This document shows, piece by piece, positions 11,589 through 26,003 of a stretch of 64,000 nt of DNA. The DNA comes from Eledone cirrhosa. Lineage: Eukaryota. The notes under the pieces are model-generated. The model did no database searches. It saw nothing but the letters and a program-made list of their open reading frames with translations, and was not told the DNA's origin. The stretch covers positions 408,828,001-408,892,000 of the forward strand of contig OZ024740.1 in the NCBI GenBank assembly GCA_964016885.1. The letters are read 5' to 3'. Both the position numbers and the translations under genes were made by a program. Position 1 is the first letter of the stretch, and every line of letters begins with the position of its first letter.

Positions 11589-13709
11589 AGGTGGCGTGCA
11601 TTCCACTTTGATAAATCTAATATAAATGAAAATGTCTCGGACTTAGACAAAGTTTTCAAATCTAAAAAAAATCCACCCCCCAACAAACTTTTATTTGACT
11701 TTGAAAACGATATAATTTCTATCATACAAGGAGTCAAATTCAAGAGAAACTTCAAAGGCCAGGAATATCTGAAAGGCATTAAGGATAATATTGAGAGCTT
11801 AGATAAAACTGAGAAGATCTTGGTGAAATCTGACAAGACCAACAACCTCTATGGAGTGCAAAAAGACATGTATAATGGCCTCATACTGAAAGAACTGAGG
11901 AAAAAGTACAAGGTAGCAGATAAGGCCGAGCTTGAGAAAATGAATGTTGAGGCATCTTGTATAATGCATGAGTTGGAAATTGAGAACAAAACACAACCTT
12001 TCGTGCCCAGGAAACCCAAGATCAATATGAAAGATCACAAAAGAAATTTTGAAAATGACCTGCCAGTCAGATTGATTGCACCATCAAAATCTGACCTGGG
12101 TAAACTTAGCAAAAACATTCTAGACAGGGTGATACAGCAAATTAAAAGCTTGAATTGTTTACCTAACTTGAGCTTGTGGAAGGGAACTGGAGAGGTTATT
12201 GAGTGGTTTAAAGAAATTAAATATAACAATAATAATAAATTTATTCAACTAGATATTGCTAACTATTATTCATCTATTACCCCTAATCTACTAAATAAGG
12301 CACTAAATTACGCATTCAAACATACAGACCTAACTAGCAATGAAATGCACATTATATTATCGGCTAGGAAAACATTGATAGAATTTAATAACCAACTATG
12401 GACCAGAGCAGATAGAGATAACAATTTCGACATTACTATGGGATCATCCGACTCAGCTCAGGTAACTGACCTTGTGGGCCTATTTATAATCAATTCGCTG
12501 CATAGGAAAATACCCGGTGCTACCGGAGGATTATATAGAGATGACATGCTTTTACTTATTGAAAATAATAACTCTGAACTAAATAGAAAAAGAAAACAAA
12601 TTATACAATTTTTTAATTACTTTAATCTAAAAATAGAAATTGAGAATAACCATAGAATAGTCAATTTCCTAGATGTAACATTAAATCTCAACACATGTCT
12701 TCACTATCCATTTCACAAGTTGAATGAAAACTTAAACTATGTCAGTTTTAACTCTAACCACCCCAGATCTGTTAAAAATACTATAGTGAACTCTGTTCAA
12801 AAACGTATCTCTAGAATCTCATCTAATAAAAAGATTTTCGACGAAAAAGCCCAGTATTACAATGAAGCGTTAGCTAGAGCAGGATATAGTGATAAAATTA
12901 TGTACATAGATAATAATAGACAAACTAACCAAAATAACAACAATTTTAATTACGGCAACAACTTTAGCAACTATAATAGAAAGCATTACAATAATTCCAA
13001 AAGCCAAAAAAGAAATAGAACTAGGAATATAATGTGGTTTGCCCCCCCCCCCCCCTTCTCACTAAACATTAAAACCCACATCGCTAAACTATTTTTTAAT
13101 GCTCTTGATAATCGCTTCCCTAGAACACATAAGTATCACTCAATTTTCAATAGACATACTATAAAATTAACTTACTCATCCACCAAAAATTTAGCACAAA
13201 ATATTAATAGAATAAATAATAGGAATTTAAAACCTAGCCAAAATACCGATAATAGCATAAATAATATCCAAGTAAACAAATGTAACTGTAGAGATAGATC
13301 TAAATGTCCGTTAAATAACAATTGCTTAGTTAAAAATATAATATACAACTGTAATGTTAAAACGGACTTAAATTCTTTTAACTATGTTGGTTCCACCTCG
13401 ACAGAATTTAAACTTCGCTATAATAACCACAAGAATTCTTTCACAGATCCAAGCAAAAAATCTTCAACATCACTATCAGGCTTACTCTGGCAACTTAAGC
13501 ATGATAACGTTGGATATTCGACGGCTTGGAATATAGTCTCAAGAGGGATTCCTTTTAATTCATCTTCTGAGACATGTGACCTCTGCGCGGAGGAGATATT
13601 CTTTATACTAAAATCTAAAAATTCCCTTAATTTACGGACAAATTTATTCAGTTGCTGCAGACATAGATTGAACTCAACTTTTAAATATAAATATAAATTT
13701 AAAATGTAG
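11588..13709 (+). CDS. PLE reverse transcriptase plus C-terminal GIY-YIG endonuclease; open for ~707 codons, N-terminus missing
   Basis: Motifs RWRAFHF, KSDKT, PVRLI, QLDIANYYSSI, MGSSDSAQVTDLVG, GLYRDD, NFLDVTL, SNHP, CNCRDRSKCPLNNNC, NIIY..YVGST..FKLRYNNH, CDLCAEE, LN..CCRH. The first ~59 aa of ORF 11412..13709 are read-through of unrelated and (TA)n sequence. Confidence 0.9.
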
Positions 13710-15048
13710 TATATTTACTTATGATTTGTAATTATTTATGAAACTCGCCGATAAATCTTTCGATTTCTTTTTTTTTTTTAAACATTCTTCATGAATAATT
13801 AAACTACCCTAAAAACTGATGCTCCAAATATATCGAATAAATTTTACACTAGATAAACTTCTATAATAAATATAAGACCATCTGTAGATCAAATGGGTAT
13901 CCTAAACTTTTGGAATGATTTCTGCTAGACAGGTTTTGGTAAATAATTTTGGTTTTGTTTGCTTTTGATTCTGATGCTTATAATGAACTTGGCAATATAT
14001 TGTCAATTAATTTTGAAGGGTTGATTTCTGTGGTTGATTTGCGGGGCATACTGTGTTTTGTTTTTAATATTTTTTAATTTTTTAAATATTTTTATTGATA
14101 TATTGATATCTGTTGTCTATTTATGCTTGAACGATAATCATGTAGAGTAAAGACAAGAACAGTATTGTTAAAATTAATGTAGATTCTATATATATTTGTG
14201 TATGTACACATATATGTATACTAGAATTTTTATAGCACAATGAGAATGTTTTCGTGTGAAATAGGAATTTGCAGAGTTGATCACGTAAATTCACATGGAT
14301 GTCTATAGTATCGAATCTGGGATAACCTTCTATTTTCTTTTTCTTTTTTCATGAAAGTGCATATATACTTATGTATTTCAATTTTTTTTGAAGTTTTTTA
14401 TCTCAGTTTTTTATCTCAGCTCTGATTATAAACCTAGGATTTTTAAACCAGACATATGATCATTATTTTTCACACATTATTGATACGTATCTCATTCATG
14501 AATACTGATGTTTACATTGTGGTACCTAATTCATACGAATTGATATTTTTAGATTGATGAAACATAATGTTTTAAATCTGCCTCGTTTATCTCTGGATAT
14601 TTTTCTTTTCTCTCTATGTAACGGCTGTTTTCTCTCTTAACCACATATATCTCTCTCTACCTTAATACTAGAACTAAATAAATAAATAAATAAATAAATA
14701 TATCATTGATACGTCATTCAACTGGTGCCCAACTACCTATTTTCTCTCTCTATCTCTATCTATATCTATCTCTCTCTATTTTTTCTCTCTCTCTCTCTCT
14801 CTATCTATCTCCCTCTGTCTTTTGTCTCTCTCTATCTATCTCTCTCTGTTTTTTCTTTACATGAATTTCTTCTCTCTATCTATCTCTCTCTGTTTTTGTT
14901 GCATGCATTTCTTCGCTTTCTTCGCTTTCTTTCTTTCTTTCTTTTTATAACTGTCCCTAACATTTTTCACTACCAAATCAACTTTTTAAATGGAAGTTGA
15001 AGTTGTAAGGTATGTCAAATCTATCTATTTATAAGACTGTTTATATTG

Positions 15049-15114
15049 TATTTTGTCTGATGAAGGCATACCATACTTTTAATATGATATCCCTGAAATA
15101 TATATAATGAAATA
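15049..15114 (+). ncRNA. Type I hammerhead ribozyme in the PLE 2 pseudo-LTR
   Basis: Helix I UAUUUUGU/AUGAAAUA (2 GU pairs); CUGAUGA 15057-15063; helix II AGG.AUA.CAUA/UAUG.UAU.CCU; GAAA 15095-15098; palindromic minimal helix III AUAUAUAU; predicted cleavage after AUA at 15106. Confidence 0.75.
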
Positions 15115-15240
15115 AATATGGTTTTATAAATATAGTTTCCATTTATTTAATATCGTAAATATACTCCAAATACTTGTTGAGTGCTTTTATATCAGTTATA
15201 AATATTTACTCGTTGTAACCCAACAATTTAAATAAAACTT

Positions 15241-16102
<862 letters not shown>

Positions 16103-16492
16103 TCATCATCATCATCATCATCAACGTTTAACGTCCGTGTTCCACGCTTGCATGGGTTTGGACGGGGGTAGTCCCACTTGAGGCAAGAGTGATTGTCTTG
16201 CTCGCATAGGACTGTCTGGCAGGTTTTCTACAGTTGGATGCCCTTCCTAACACCAACCACATTTACAGTGTGGGTCTGGGAGGTTTTTACCGTGTTGCCT
16301 ACACGGCCACATTACAGCGTGGACTGTGTGTTTTTTGTCGTGACACCTACACGATCTCATTTGTTTCGGCCTCGATGGCGCGGCACCAACATAACTTTAC
16401 ATAGAACGGGGTGGTGTGGATCGGGTGGGGGTGGGGGTGGTGGGACGGGGTGTATTTTGTTAGAGATGCCTACTGGCTGGAGTAGGTTTTAC
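16103..16492 (-). mobile_element. Solo 3'UTR of RTE family 1 (single-unit variant)
   Basis: (CAT)n tail then reverse complement of the family 1 3'UTR, ending just before the ORF stop; embedded in (TA)n. Confidence 0.88.
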
Positions 16493-17232
<740 letters not shown>

Positions 17233-17233
17233 A

Positions 17234-17522
17234 TCATCATCATCATTTCATTTTACGTCCGCTTTTTCCCTGCTTGCAAGGGTGGGACGGGAACTGATTT
17301 TGGCTTGGTTTTTACAGCTGGACGCCCTTCCTAACACCAACCTCATTTTACAGTGAGTGCTGGGTGCTTTTTTTGCCGTGGCACCTGCACGACCACTCAC
17401 TGTAAATGAGGTTGGTGTTAGGAAGGGCATCCAGCTATAGAAATCAAGCCAGAATCAGTTCCCGTCCCACCCTTGCAAGCAGGGAAAAAGCGGACGTAAA
17501 ATGAAATGAATGATGATGATGA
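17234..17522. mobile_element. Fold-back (head-to-head) SINE-like element with RTE family 2 tails at both ends
   Basis: 17234-17359 is the near-perfect reverse complement of 17394-17522; each arm ends in CCCGTCCCACCCTTGCAAGCAGGGAAAAAGCGGACGTAAAA..(ATG)n as at 3666-3723. Confidence 0.88.
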
Positions 17523-19160
17523 CAAATTGGCAGACTTTTTAGGGCATTGCATTAAATGCACCATGGAATATCTGAGGCCAAATTTGCTTTTCAGCTTCTT
17601 GGGGTTGGTAAAGTATCAGTCCAGGTCAGTGTGGTGGATTGGCAGAATTGTTAAAGCATCAAATGTGATAATTTGTAGTGTCTCTTTTAGTCCCCTTGCA
17701 TCCTGAATTTGTCTGCATTGCCACCGATATCATGCCTTTGCCTTGGATAAGATCATTGGAGAATGGAGACTTGCATGCTGGGTAATTGCTGGTCCTCTAT
17801 GAAAAAAGAAAACTTGCCCAGGCTTGTCCTTTAGAGAGTAACTTTCCAGCCATAGTTCCTTTGTCTCACAAGACCTATGGAGGCTCTAAAAAATATGGAC
17901 ACATGTATGCACTTATGTGTTGAGATATATGTTGTGATAAATTGTGAATAGGTTCATATGTGTTTGTTTAATAAATATACATTCACTCTCACTGTGTAAA
18001 TACACCCTGTGTGTTAAACCACAGAGCTTTCTCAGGAAACCCAGAGAACAGCTTGATTAGTTTTGACTGGTTATTGCCATCTTGTACAATATTGTGAATA
18101 CGCCAATATACAAATTACCAAAATCTGCATTTGTTACTCATAGTATTTTACATAAGTAGCCATAAGATGCTTCCTCTCTCTGGAGAGTAAACATGAGTAG
18201 GTACTCTTGATAAAGCAGAAATAGACACTTAAAGCTAGCTTAGCTATTCTTAGGTTCATCCTTTTGGTTTAATCATGGGGCTCATTCACAGAACAAAGTT
18301 CAATACATATTTATTAAACATATGTGTGGTAATCTATTCACAATTTATATTGATAGTATCTTGATTTGTAAAATTGGAAAATTAATTTACTAAAAGCTCA
18401 ATCTAATATATATAATGCCAAATAATTTAATAAAGATGGTGTGTCATTGTTTTTAAATTTCCAGATCATAAGATTAAACTTAAGTATTTAACCTTTAGCA
18501 TGTTGAACTTTTTAATGAATTGCTTTCCTTGACACTGCTTTATGTATTAAGGGGAGATGACTCTATCGGCGACATAAGGCAGAGTGCACAGAAGGTTAAT
18601 TATCCATAAAGACAAGATACATAATTCTCCTTTTCTCAGTTTCCATGGAGGAACTTTATTTGATAAGTGTTATGAAAAATTGCAAATTAACCTCTATTGA
18701 TAATTCAGTTTGAAATTACTATGCTTTTTAATCCATTAACCTTTAGCACACTAGCATTTTTTATGCATTGCTTTCCTTGACACTGCATTATGTAGTAAGG
18801 GGAGATTACTCTATTGACAACATAATGGACATATAGTGTCCAGGAATACTGTAAAATTACTCTAAAACTTTGAGGATCCAGATTATGTAGATGTTTGTTT
18901 TATTGCGTCAGTTTTCTTGAGTATCACTTATGATAATGTTTTTTTTTAATTACTTAGTTTTCTTTTTCTTTTTTACTTCTCACCACCTCTATTTTGACAT
19001 TGACTGTTTTCATTAATTAGTTGAGCCTAATTGATTAAGCAGCACATCTAGGATACACAAACTGACAAAATAGAATTCTGCTGTTACACTTTTAGGGAGA
19101 AAGCATTTAAAGAAATACCTGGCAATATTTGAGCTTATCTGTTGTTTTTGTTGTTTATGC

Positions 19161-19385
19161 ACCTTTAACATTTAAACCGACCATATCTGGCCTGAATTCT
19201 CTCACCTCTTTCTGTTCAAGCCGGTTGTACCTGGCCACTCATACTGACGTTAAGGTATTGCTCTCAAAATAAATAACATCAAAATCTTGTAGATTCGATA
19301 TTATGTGAGATAAGTATGTAAGATAATGCTTTTACCACAAAAATACAATTGTATATAGAGAGTAATGTAAATGATAAAGGGTTAA
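19161..19385 (-). mobile_element. TTAA-flanked MITE family A (degenerate copy)
   Basis: Reverse-complement match to 54396-54624; ends AAAGGGTTAA. Confidence 0.75.
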
Positions 19386-19788
19386 ATACAGTTTTAATTG
19401 AAAAAGGGGAGAGAGAGTGGGAATAATTTTACTTTTATTTTTATTTTGAATTTTAAGTTTGGGGAATTGAAAGGTTGTAGAATATGAGTGGGTGTTTTCA
19501 CAGATATTCACAAATACTTGGAGAATCTAGGAAATGTTCACTATCGCAACTATTTTAGTTATTATTTTAAATATTTTTTATAACGTTTCTATTTCTTAAA
19601 TTATTATTCTGGTAGCCTGTAACAGTATCTTCTTTCAAGAAGACTAAAAGATAAAATTCTTAAACTATTTGAAATATGTGGGAAGATCACATTTAGTAGT
19701 GATGATTATAATATTCATGATAAATATGATGCTATTTGAAAAATTCTTGCTGTTTTCATTTTTCACCTTCAGATTATCTAAGGGGCAT

Positions 19789-20690
19789 TCATCATCATCA
19801 TCATCAACGTTTAACGTCCGTGTTCCACGCTTGTATGGGTTTGGACGGGGGTAGTCCCACTTGAGGCAAGAGTGATTGTCTTGCTCGCATAGGACTGTCT
19901 GGCAGGTTTTCTACAGTTGGATGCCCTTCCTAACACCAACCACATTTACAGTGTGGGTCTGGGAGGTTTTTACCGTGTTGCCTACACGGCCACATTACAG
20001 CGTGGACTGTGTGTTTTTTTGTCGTGACACCTACACGATCTCATTTGTTTTGGCCTGGATGGTGTGGCACCAACACAACTTTACATAGAACGGGGTGGCG
20101 TGGATGGGGTGGGGGTGGTGGGACGGGGGGGGGTATTTTGTTAGAGATGCCTACTGGCTGTAGTAGGTTTTACTATGTATTTAGGTAAGGCGGGTCTTCT
20201 CTGTTACTGAGTACCGCCAAAGGTCTCGGTCCAGTGACATTGTCTTGGAGAGGTGTAAGTGTGTGAGGTCGGAGTTTATCAGCTCGTCCCAGGTTTTTCT
20301 AGGTCTGCCTATTCCGTGGCTACCGTCTATCTTTATTGCCCTGCACTTTGTTATACAGCTATCGACTTTCATGCGCATCACGTGTCCATACCAACGTAGC
20401 CTTCTCTCGAGTAAACAACATCTGATCCCTCTTATTTCTAATTTTTTCCTTAGTTCGTTTATGCTTTGCCGTTCACGTATATTACTGTTACACATCCAGC
20501 GGAGCATGCAAGCTTCGTTCCTCTCTAGTCTGCGTATATCCTCTGCACACAATGCCCAGGTCTCACTGCCATGCAACATTGCTGTTCGTATGCAGGCATC
20601 GTACAGCCTGCCTTTCATTTTTAGGGAGAACCCTTTAGCAGCTAATAGTGGTATAAGCTCTCTGAACTTTTTCCAACCAGTTCTGACTCT
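19789..20690 (-). mobile_element. RTE family 1 3' fragment
   Basis: ORF 20181..20822 matches the family 1 RT C-terminus from RVRTGW; single-unit 3'UTR and (CAT)n tail. Confidence 0.9.
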
Positions 20691-20800
20691 ACGTATTCCA
20701 AATACGATATATAGATATCTATTGATATACAAATTCACAAACTGTATTTTTGGATCCCTCTCCGGCATATCACCAATGAATGAAAAGACTAAATGAAAAA

Positions 20801-21021
20801 TAATGATTTCTACTATAGGCACAAGGCCAGCAATTTGGGGTGAGGGGAAAGTCGATTAAATTGACCCCAGTGCATTACTGGTACTTTATTTTATCGACCC
20901 CCGTAAGGATGAAAGTGAAAGCTGACCTGGACGGGATTTGAACTCAGAACGTAAAGGGTCGTAACTTTATACCGCTAAGCATGTTGTCCAACGCTCTACC
21001 GATACTGCTAATCCACTGCCC
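20801..21021 (-). mobile_element. tRNA-derived SINE with 16-bp target-site duplication
   Basis: Minus strand has A-box-like TAGCAGTATCGG and B-box GTTCAAATCC, then TTTCATCCTTAC..GTCGATAAAATAAAGTACC; TAAATGAAAAATAATG repeated at 20790-20805 and 21026-21041. Confidence 0.85.
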
Positions 21022-21048
21022 TAAATAAATGAAAAATAATGGGATGAT

Positions 21049-21306
21049 TTAACCATTTTGGTACTAAACCAACTGAAACTACTCTTGGTTCTATGGTACA
21101 AAACTATTTGTTTTAATATGTTTATATTTATCTAAAGATCTATCATAATTTTATGGAAGAACCTTTGTTAAGTTAGCCCAAATACTAACTCTCATTATTA
21201 AGTTGTTTATATTACTAAATTCCTCAAGATTTCCATTATTTTAAAAATTATTAAAACAAATAATTGGCAGTGTTTTTCTTTAGAAATATGGTGATGAAAG
21301 GGTTAA
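21049..21306 (+). mobile_element. TTAA-flanked MITE family B
   Basis: TTAACC...GAAAGGGTTAA; internal similarity to 48996-49202. Confidence 0.65.
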
Positions 21307-21504
21307 AATAATTTTTAATCATAATTTTTTTATTTACTATATTTATCTTCAAGGTATCACACTGTTAAGCAGTGAGAAGACAGCTTCCCTTTTGGGTATG
21401 ATGCCAATTTCTACATTGGCTTTAACCTACAAAATTTACATACTGCACTGCATGAACATGGAACTTGTTTTGTTAATTGTTGTTGTTGCTGAAGTTTCCT
21501 CCAT

Positions 21505-21742
21505 TGGCTTTATGTCAATTTATTGTGTTGAGTATCTGATGAGATACTAGAAATTTTGTTGCCCACAAGTATTATTACTCTTGACCTTGGGTCCTGTTTC
21601 CTAGCTGTATTTAGGTATCATATGACATGTACCTAAATATAACTAAGAAACAGGACCCAGTGCTAAGGGTAATAATACTTGTAGGCAACAGAATCTCTAA
21701 TGTCTCAGCAGATACCCAACACAATAAATTGACATGGAGCCA
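21505..21742. repeat. ~238-bp imperfect palindrome (fold-back MITE-like)
   Basis: ATGTCAATTTATTGTGTTG...TGGGTCCTGTTTC..TATTTAGGTA pairs with TACCTAAATA..GAAACAGGACCCA...CAACACAATAAATTGACAT around a centre at ~21624. Confidence 0.85.
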
Positions 21743-24032
21743 TATTCGTCCCACCTCATTGCGCACTCTGAGCTCAACTTTACCTGTCATCCTTTTGAGG
21801 TCGATAAAAAAAAAATGTACCAGTCCAGTACTGGTGTCAATTCTTCTTCTATGGAAAAAATTGGCTGTGTTCAGACCTGGAGAGGGTTGAGCTCTGCCAG
21901 GTTTAAAAGTGCCCTAGACACGCTGTAACTCCACAATGAGTTATGGGATCTTTATCTTCTTTTATCCTATGGCATATATCATCAACATTAAAAATAGTTG
22001 ATATATTTATTTTATTGGTTTGCTGTGTGGATGAGAGGTGTTAGCTGTCATTGGTCTCATCTGTACTTCTTAGTATACATAGCATTTACTAAGATCTCTA
22101 GAGGGATTACCTTCATGGTCATTCAACCTTCTAGAAATAGCACTTAAATTTCCCTCAAATCACACCTACCATTTTAAAAGAGAAAGTCAGAGAAGACAGT
22201 GCAGTCATTGATATGCAAAAAGACAGGATGGTCAAGGTTGGAACACTTTTGATCATAGATTTGATGAATTGGGACTGATCTGGGGTTAAAGCTATCAAGA
22301 GACATGAAGATGGAAGTGGCTTGATTTAGTTTGGTTAAGTTAGCATATCTTTCTGTTTACAGGAGTGAACTGGTCCTTATGGCACTTTGTTACAGTTAGG
22401 TGGACTGGATCATTGCAAGTTTTTGCTGGGGTGAACAGTGTATAGCATCATTGGTGATTGAAAGGATACAAACTACTGACCTTTCCTGACCAGCTGCAAA
22501 TCTCTCACATTTATTATATAGAGATGTTAAAATAGCTGTGATTGATGATGGTGGAATCGACTTTAGTTTCAGATTCAACATGGACTGGTCCTGCTTCACC
22601 AATTGACTTTAAGCCAAAGCTGTCAGTAGGAAACTTAAATGCTCTTTAAGCAGCAATATCTTAACACTTGCCCTTTTGCTACTTCTTCACTTGGTTTTCA
22701 TTTAAATGTGTAAACATTTCATCTTTTAGCTTTCTGTTTTTCTGGTTGATTATTTTTTCTACTTAAGAATTTGTAATATTGGTGTATCCTTGGGATAGGT
22801 TCTAATTTTAGTGAGATATTTGTACAATTTAATGACTTTATATGCCCTTGGTTCTGATTCTGAAGCTAGTGTGACACTTGGTATTTCATCAAACAACAAG
22901 TTTAAGGTTAAAACAAATATAATAATGATGATGATAATAATAATGATAATGATAATAATGATAATAATAATAAAAATATGAAATAAAAACAATATTAGAA
23001 AGAAAAAATGGTCTAAAAAAGATGAAAATCATTTTCTCCGATTCACTTAGAACAAAACACCTTTTGTTTGCTAATAATTACTTTAGCCATTGGATTAGTC
23101 TGACCTTATTGACCCTCTTCTGGGTTAACAGGTTAGGTTTACATTGTAGACTAAGTTTCAGCTTAACTTTTGTTTCTTCATTTTCTATTTTCCCCCTGTT
23201 ATGGTTTATAATTCTAATTACTTCTTAACTGTAATTACAACACAGAAACCACAGAATCCTTTAGATCAAAAGTTCACAAAATTTTCCACAACAGTCTTAT
23301 CAGTTTTCTTTTTAATTTAAAAACAAAACAAAAACATTTTGCTTAGACATACACACATATATATGTATTGATGTATTGGTTTCTGTATCTATATATAGTG
23401 AACTGAATTCTAAATGTAGTTGATTTTCTTTGAAATAATGATATTAGTTATCATCATTTAACATCCATTTTCCCTGCTAGCAAAAGTTTGACATGTCATC
23501 ATAGACTCGTCAGTACTAAAGTGGAGCCTCAGATCAACAGATGGGGGCCTGGCATACGATCTCACACTCTACTGGGTGCATTTTAATGTGGCACTAACAC
23601 TAGAGAAGTTGTCATGTTTTTGTCAAAGCTGAAGAGTCTTCCTGACTCTTTGGCAGGTTTTCTATGGCTCGATGCCCTTCTTATCACCAACCACTTTAAA
23701 GAGTGTACTGAGTGGTTGTTTATCGTGTAGATCACCAACATTAGAGAGGTTGTGATGTCTGACACAGCTGAACAATCTTCTCGACCCTTTGTTTTGTGTC
23801 ATTATGAAAAAAGTATAGAACTTAAATTAGCAATTCAAATTTGAAGTCTTTGCATTAATTGATGGTTTTGAAAATCTATTAAACATTCTTTAAACATCTA
23901 TTAAACAATATGCCACCGAACCCACAAATCAAATCCATGTGTTCAACACCCTAAACACTAAGTCATGTTCCTTCTCATTCTTAATAATATTGTCTCTAAA
24001 TTAGAAGTCATTATTATTATTGTTGTTGGATT

Positions 24033-24230
24033 GGGGCGGTGGATTGGCAGTATCGGTAGAGGGTCAGACGCCATGCTTTCCAGCATAGTTACATCCCTTT
24101 ACGATCTGAGTTCAAATCCCGCCGAGGTTGACTTTGCCTTTCATCCTTACGGGGTCGATAAAATAAAGTACCAGTAATGCACTGGGTGATTGCTGGCCTT
24201 GTGCCTAAAGTAGAAACAATTATTATTATT
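24033..24230 (+). mobile_element. tRNA-derived SINE
   Basis: GGGGCGGTGGATTGGCAGTATCGGTAGAG..GAGTTCAAATCCCG..GCCTTTCATCC..(ATT)n tail; flanked by the repeated ATTATTATTATTGTTGTTG. Confidence 0.87.
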
Positions 24231-25777
24231 GTTGTTGTTATTTTTATCACTGCCACCACTGCTGTCAAAGAGGAAGACTGAGAAAAACCTAGACAGAGGT
24301 GGTTTGAGCTGATCTCAAACTGTTGAACCTCACAGAAGTGATGATGAGGGATGTTATCAGTGGATGTAGCTTGCTCCGGAAAGAACCTGTCCAATTCATG
24401 CAAACATGGAAAAACATGTAAAATGATATATATAAGGATTACCTTTAGGTTGGTTCTAACTTACACAGTTGATAATCAATCGAATTCTTACCTTAAAAAA
24501 TTATTTTAAACTAGAAAGTAGCCCCACCTCCCCCCAGAAACCCCCAAAATACAAAACAATATAAAAAAAAAGCAAACAAACAAAAAAATAAGGAAAAGGA
24601 TAGTACACAGTCCTGAAAATTAGCAAAATTGTGCAAACCTTATATGGTGTGGCTGTGCTTACACAGCTCCATGGATATGTGCATGATGAGAGACTAGGCC
24701 CCATGTTATTAAAAATCTTGTAGGAGGCCAGCTAAACTTACATTGGTGGAAACAGTAACAACAAAACATGTCTATGGGCAACCGGAATTTAACAGCAATA
24801 TACTCCTTTTGTCAAGCTCTCATGGGTGATTTTGGCTATGTAACTACAAGGCTATTTCTTTATAGTAAAAATGGCATTGTAAAATCAGCAGCATTTATTT
24901 AAACAGCTCCTAAAAGATGAAAGCTAGAACCTTCTGTGATAAAAATAAATCCCATAAAGTTGGAATGATATTACACATATTTCTGCTTGAATTGTGTGTG
25001 TGCATAAAAGCATTAATTGAATGTTATTTATTACAGGAAAACATTGAAGTCTGGAATACTGTATTCCTCTAAAGATAAGCAGAGATGTTTTTCATAAATT
25101 TTGGTAGTATTTTTTCACAATCACAATATGTTATGATGGTTTGGTAAAAGTCATTTCTTCAGACTAAAATAATGGACTGTCTTTTTTATATTTTAAGAGA
25201 ACAGAGAGAATATTTATAAGAATATTTATTGATCCATGTTTAGTGTAATATAATTATTTCTCAGTATTGGCTCCTTTTCTAAATATTCTTCATTATCTCT
25301 TTCATAGAGAGATTAAATTTTTGTTGTTTTATTTCTTTGAATAATCATAATGTTGTCTGGGATATTTTCTTTCCATCTCTCTCTTTCTTGTGTTTTATGT
25401 AATGTCTTAGAATTATTTCTGTGCGACAAAAAGATGAGCTGAGCACAATGCAAAGCTTTGACTTCTGCTGAGGATAATTTACTAGCATCAAAATACCTAC
25501 TAGAGAAACATTGTCTGATTTACATGGCTGCTAGTTACTATTTATCAAAATATGTTTCCTTGCTGAAGTTTCTTTTGTTTTTAGTTCAATCATTGTTTCT
25601 CATGGTAAAAAATAATAGATGTGAGTAGGTATGATTTTCTTGAAACTTTCTGTTTACCGTATTCTTCTAAGAATTATTAGTTTCTTAAATAGACCTGAGT
25701 TTAACTTTGTATAGGGCAATAGATGCAACCCCAGTATATTACTGGTACTCATTTTATCTATGCAATAGTTCTTTATA

Positions 25778-26003
25778 ATAATTGTTTCTGATTTAGGCAC
25801 AAGGCCAACAATTTTGGGAGATGGGAAAGTCGATTAAATCGACTCCAGTGCATTACTGGTACTTTATTTTATCAACACTATAAGGATGAAAGGCAAAGCT
25901 AACCGGGGGGGGGGGGGGAATTTGAACTCAGATCACAAAGGGCTGTAACTCTTGCTGCAAAGCATGGGTGTCCAACGTTCTACCGATTCTGCCAATCCAC
26001 CAC
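25778..26003 (-). mobile_element. tRNA-derived SINE (same family)
   Basis: Similar along its length to 20801-21021. Confidence 0.82.

Larger units (their letters stand above)
11588..15243 (+). mobile_element. Penelope-like element 2 (Naiad-like architecture), 5'-truncated at (TA)n, with 3' pseudo-LTR region
   Basis: RT-GIY-YIG ORF, then ~1.5 kb of AT-rich 3' region with a hammerhead fold; (TA)n on both sides. Confidence 0.88.

Noticed and set aside
13281-13330. Selenocysteine recoding in the Naiad-like PLE
   Set aside because: The conserved cysteines use TGT/TGC and there is no in-frame TGA in the ORF.
21536-21560. CTGATGA..GAAA as a hammerhead
   Set aside because: Only 7 nt lie between the boxes, there is no helix II, and it sits in the arm of a larger palindrome.
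24033-24125. tRNA gene
   Set aside because: A/B boxes are present but there is no clean cloverleaf, and it continues into a repeated SINE body.
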